DNA from: Nitrospirota bacterium
GTDB taxonomy: Bacteria; Nitrospirota; UBA9217
NCBI GenBank assembly: GCA_963790205.1
Contig: CAWBNQ010000008.1
Coordinates: forward strand, 225,021 to 289,020
Direction of reading: 5' to 3'
Length of the DNA stretch: 64,000 bases
A program made the translations under genes and the position numbers. Below the pieces are notes generated by a model, which was not told the origin of the DNA, did not search any database, and worked only from the letters and a program-made list of their open reading frames with translations. Below, in pieces: positions 60,306-64,000 of the stretch; position 1 is the stretch's first letter, and every line of letters starts with the position of its first letter.

Positions 60306-61415
60306 ATGCGCAAAATAGTCAACTATCTGTTCGTCCTGCTTGTAACGGTTCTCGTTCTGTCCGCGTGCGCGCGTCAGGATGAAAATGTTATCAAGATCGG
60401 CGCGGCCGGCCCCATGACGGGCAGCCAGAGCAAGATGGGGATGGACCTTAAGAATGCCGCCGAGCTTGCCGTTGCCGAATGGAACGCAAAGGGCGGCGTT
60501 CTGGGAAAGAAGATCGTCCTGGTTGCGGGTGACGACCAGGCCGATCCCAAACAGGCTGTTTCCATAGCGAACAAATTCATTAACGAGAAGGTAACGGCCG
60601 TCGTCGGCCACTGGAACTCGAGCTGTTCCATTCCCGCCTCAAAATATTATAATGACGCGAACATCGTCATGATCTCTCCGGCCACAACGAACCCGCAACT
60701 TACGCTCCAGGGATTTAAGCAGGTATTCCGTGTTTGCGGGACGGACGACCAGCAGGGCAGGGTGGCGGCCGAATTTGTCCTCAAGACGCTTCGCCCCAGG
60801 AGGGTCGCCGTCATCCATGATAAAACGGCCTACGGCCAGGGGCTGGCGGATTATTTCAAGAAAGCCCTGGGCGACAGGGTCCAGGTGGTCTATTACGGCG
60901 GCATCATCCAGGGGGACCCCGATTACAAGGCCGTGCTCACGACGATCAAGGAAGGCAAGCCCGACCTCTACTTCTTCGGAGGGATCTATCCCGAGGCGGG
61001 CAGGCTCGTGCGGCAGGCAAAGGAAGTGGGGCTGAACATTCCCATGGTCACCGGCGACGGCGTATTCGATCCCACCCTCATCAGCATAGCCGGCAAATCC
61101 GCAGACGGGACGTACGTGACCTTCGGCAGGGAGCCGGCGGGGCTGCCCTCCGCAAAAGCATTTATCGATCATTACCAGGCCCGCTACGGGGAGCCCGGCC
61201 CCTATTCCATTTACGCCTACGACGCTGCAAACATCATCCTCACCTCGATCGCGCAGACGGGCACAACGGACGGCGCCAAACTCGCGGAGTACATATCGAA
61301 GACCACGTTCCACGGGGCATTCGGGGACATCTCCTTTGACAAGAACGGCGATGTTACTAAAGCGCCCTACGTGATCTGGCAGGTCAAGGACGGGAAGTTC
61401 GTGGAAGTGCACTAA
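60306..61415 (+). CDS. livK: Branched-chain amino-acid ABC transporter substrate-binding lipoprotein
   Basis: Lipobox LSAC; IKIGAAGPMTG; DDQADPKQA; GHWNSS; DDQQG; HDKTAYGQGLA. Confidence 0.88.
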   Translation: MRKIVNYLFVLLVTVLVLSACARQDENVIKIGAAGPMTGSQSKMGMDLKNAAELAVAEWNAKGGVLGKKIVLVAGDDQADPKQAVSIANKFINEKVTAVVGHWNSSCSIPASKYYNDANIVMISPATTNPQLTLQGFKQVFRVCGTDDQQGRVAAEFVLKTLRPRRVAVIHDKTAYGQGLADYFKKALGDRVQVVYYGGIIQGDPDYKAVLTTIKEGKPDLYFFGGIYPEAGRLVRQAKEVGLNIPMVTGDGVFDPTLISIAGKSADGTYVTFGREPAGLPSAKAFIDHYQARYGEPGPYSIYAYDAANIILTSIAQTGTTDGAKLAEYISKTTFHGAFGDISFDKNGDVTKAPYVIWQVKDGKFVEVH

Positions 61416-62516
61416 TACAAACGCACTAAGTAATGTTACAAAGTCGCCTGACTTTGTGCTTTGACCACGAGTCAAGCGTCCTTTGGACCGTTGCCCAGAT
61501 TGCGTCAAGGTTATCAAACCACCGGTTGGTAGTTGATTCATAGCGAATCTGGCGCCATATGCGTTCCTGCATATTCAAGGCAGGCTGATATGGTGGTAAG
61601 TACACAATCCGGAGTCGTTTATGCTTTCTGAGAAACTCCCGGATTGGGTCACCCCTATGCCAACGAGCTCGGTCAACATACAGCCAGATAGTGTAGCCAC
61701 GAAGCTGGCTATAAAGGTGCCGCAGCACTTTGAGAAAACCTTCTCGGTTGCCACGTTCCGTTTGGATGACGCCGGCACGAGCCAGAAGAGGAGCCACCCA
61801 GCCGGAAACATTCAAACGTTTCTGATGCTGGCTGGTTGTCGGCACTTTCAACCGTTTCCCGATGAGCGCCCAGCCGCGGCCAAGCCGAGGGTGCAGAGTA
61901 AAACCGCATTCGTCCTGAAAAACCACAGTTTCTTTAGGACCCAGCGTTTTGAGTTTTTTTTAGGCTCCTGGCAAACTTCTTCGCGTCTTTCTGCCTTTGC
62001 CTGGAGATAAACGTGATTGGCTCGCTTTAACCGATACCCAAGTTGATGCATCCAGTATTGGGCCTGACGGACTTTCAGCTTTATCCCGAACTGGCGCTGT
62101 AAATGAGTTGCCAAAGTGGGGCCATCCCATCGAATACGATTTAAGCCGAACTTCTGGGGCGATTCCTCCAGTTGAAGCTCTAGCTGAGCTACGATCTTAG
62201 GAGTCATCCGAACTGGACGGCCTGACTGCTTTTTCGGGACAAGGGCTTCTACTCCGTCCTTGTTTACCGCCCGCGTCCAGCGGTTTACGTTCATCCGGGT
62301 CTGGCCTAGGACTTCTGAGATCCACCCCGGTCGTTGACCCTCCATTACCAAGAGGAGGGTAGCTATCTTTATGCCGATCCAAGCTCCTGGCACCTTCTCT
62401 GCGAGGGCCAGCAATTGCTCTTTGGACACCTTTATTGGGCTTGCAGGGGATGTTTTCATGCCCCCAGAATAACATAAAGTATGGTTAAAGTGTAACAATA
62501 TTTACTGCGTTTGTAT
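61415..62516 (-). mobile_element. IS630-family insertion sequence
   Basis: Terminal inverted repeats ATACAAACGCA(C/G)TAA...TGTTACA; TA duplication at 61413-61414 and 62517-62518. Confidence 0.92.
61426..62459 (-). CDS. IS630 transposase in two ORFs joined by a probable -1 frameshift at an A8 run (61954-61961)
   Basis: ORF1 carries HTH domains; ORF2 has FQDE..., VDRARWH, LPPYQPALNMQE.W (DDE). Confidence 0.88.
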
Positions 62517-62613
62517 TAGTTCAGACGGTGAGAAGGTAAGAAGATGGGAAAATAAGAGGTACCTCGCACATTTTTTTCGTGTCTTCTCAATTTCATAACC
62601 TCGGTTCTTTAAT

Positions 62614-63516
62614 CATGTTCACTCAACAGCTCATAAACGGCCTGGCCCTGGGCGCGGTGTACGCGCTCATCGCTCTCGGATATACCATGGTCTACGGTAT
62701 TCTCCAGCTCATCAACTTCGCCCACGGCGAGGTATATATGCTCGGGGCTTACCTGGGGATCATCGTGCTCGGCGCGCTCACGTATCTGGGGCTGCCGGCT
62801 TACAGCCTGACACTTTCTCTCCTGATAACGGTACTCGTGTCCATGGCCTTCTGCGCTGTCTACGGCGCGGCCATCGAACGTATTGCCTACCGGCCGCTCC
62901 GGAACGCAACGAAGCTCGCGCCGCTCATCAGCGCCGTGGGCATGTCGATCATCCTGCAGAACATCGTCATGCTGACCCAGGGCAAGGACAACAAGAACTC
63001 CCGCCCATGCTCCCCTCGGAAGGGTTTACCCTCTTCGGGGCCAATATATCTCCGGTACAGGTCTTTATTCTGAGCGGATCGATACTGATCATGATCGCCC
63101 TTCATCTTTTTGTTAAAAAAACACGATTAGGCAAAGCCATGCGCGCCACATCGCAGGACCGGATCATGGCGGGTCTCGTGGGGGTAAACATCGACCAGGT
63201 CATTTCCATAACGTTTATGATCGGTTCGGCGCTCGCCGCCGTTGCAGGCGTTATGGTCACGCTTTATTACGGAGTGGTGCATTTTTTTATGGGCTATCTG
63301 GCCGGCATCAAGGCCTTTACCGCCGCGGTGCTCGGCGGGATCGGCAGCATCCCCGGCGCCATGCTCGGGGGGTTCATGCTCGGGCTCATCGAGAACTTCT
63401 GCGCGAGCTATATTTCGAGCGCGTACAAGGACGCCTTTGCCTTCCTGGTGCTCATTATTACGCTTATTCTCCGTCCCTCGGGCCTGCTCGGGCAGAAGGC
63501 CGCGGATAAGGTTTGA
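62614..63516 (+). CDS. livH: Branched-chain amino-acid ABC transporter permease (one base missing near 62998)
   Basis: QQLINGL.LG..YALIALGYTMVYG..INFAHGE; GKAMRA; KAFTAAVLGGIG; RPSGLLG. Confidence 0.9.
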   Translation, partial: HVHSTAHKRPGPGRGVRAHRSRIYHGLRYSPAHQLRPRRGIYARGLPGDHRARRAHVSGAAGLQPDTFSPDNGTRVHGLLRCLRRGHRTYCLPAAPERNEARAAHQRRGHVDHPAEHRHADPGQGQQELPPMLPSEGFTLFGANISPVQVFILSGSILIMIALHLFVKKTRLGKAMRATSQDRIMAGLVGVNIDQVISITFMIGSALAAVAGVMVTLYYGVVHFFMGYLAGIKAFTAAVLGGIGSIPGAMLGGFMLGLIENFCASYISSAYKDAFAFLVLIITLILRPSGLLGQKAADKV

Positions 63517-63521
63517 AATTA

Positions 63522-63616
63522 AAGTCGTCAGTCCGGCAGTCGTCAGTCGATGGTCAAAAAGCAACATCTGTTTCTTCGCTTTTGACTGATGACTGACGAC
63601 GATCGACTATCGACTG
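63522..63616. repeat. Inverted heptamer arrays (AGTCGTC/GACTGAC type)
   Basis: AGTCGTCAGTCCGGCAGTCGTCAGTCG ... TGACTGATGACTGACGAC..CGACTATCGACTG. Confidence 0.6.
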
Positions 63617-63636
63617 TGCTAATTCAAGGAGGTTCC

Positions 63637-64000
63637 ATGTCCAATATCAAAGAAATGTACAAGACCATCATGGCTGAATAATTTCCCGTCCGAGATGACC
63701 ATTCTCTTTGGGGACCAGAAGCTGGTGTACCGGAAGAGGTCCTGGAAGCTGGCCGACGAAAGCACGGGGGAACTGATCGAGAAGGGCCTGCGCTACGGAG
63801 AGAACCCCGACCAGCAGGCCGCCATGTATCAGCTGGTGAACGGGAACCTCGCGCTGGCCGGCGTCAAGTTCATCGAGCCCGGAAATGGGCTCGTAAGCTC
63901 CATCACCGAAGAGCAGATGATCCAGGCCGGCAAGCACCCGGGCAAGACGAACTTCCAGATCATCTTACAACGCCCTGAATATCCTGAAGTTCCTGATGGA
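63637..64000 (+). CDS. PurH-related AICAR transformylase / IMP cyclohydrolase; partial and frameshifted
   Basis: AGGAGG RBS; KGLRYGENPDQQAA, GKHPGKTN; the frame breaks near 63675-63705 and 63955. Confidence 0.65.

Noticed and set aside
46929..64000. Frameshifts in lepA, lepB (three), coaBC, livH and the purH-like gene as programmed recoding or pseudogenisation
   Set aside because: They are single-base indels without slippery motifs, in otherwise intact and partly essential genes, clustered in one part of the window. Uncorrected sequencing errors are the most likely cause.

Overview
This is a 64-kb bacterial chromosomal window. Gene content and synteny suggest an anaerobic or microaerophilic Nitrospirota/Desulfobacterota-like organism (inference). 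From left to right it holds: a hypothetical gene split by a 49-bp palindromic insertion; a HigBA-like toxin-antitoxin pair; class I aldolase and a CBM48 protein; recO; a cobalamin uptake/salvage region with two B12 riboswitches (btuFCD, a Dph6-like ATPase, a three-gene deletion scar, cobQ, btuB, tonB); yacG; a layered metK-ahcY locus; cytochrome c peroxidase, a c6-like cytochrome and DUF202; a membrane-bound [NiFe]-hydrogenase operon with hyp genes; a leftward signalling cluster; and housekeeping genes from tldD to the liv genes, with an IS630 element and a purH-like gene at the right edge. The strongest observations are five. (1) There are three metK 3' tails, followed by an SAH riboswitch plus a foreign-looking ahcY placed directly upstream of a decayed ahcY of another subfamily. 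(2) The hydrogenase small subunit has DxxC instead of CxxC at the proximal cluster and a Cys at the medial Pro site, and it is served by a HypC-HypA fusion. (3) A tight operon encodes a receiver protein, TPR protein, SAM methyltransferase and histidine kinase, next to FadL and a heme-c (CxxCH) Cache kinase. (4) Short-period 7-9 nt repeats have entered CobQ, BtuF and HypF in frame, and also a riboswitch. (5) Single-base frameshifts in lepA, lepB, coaBC, livH and the purH-like gene are most likely sequencing errors. All calls come from reading motifs by eye; no database searches were run.
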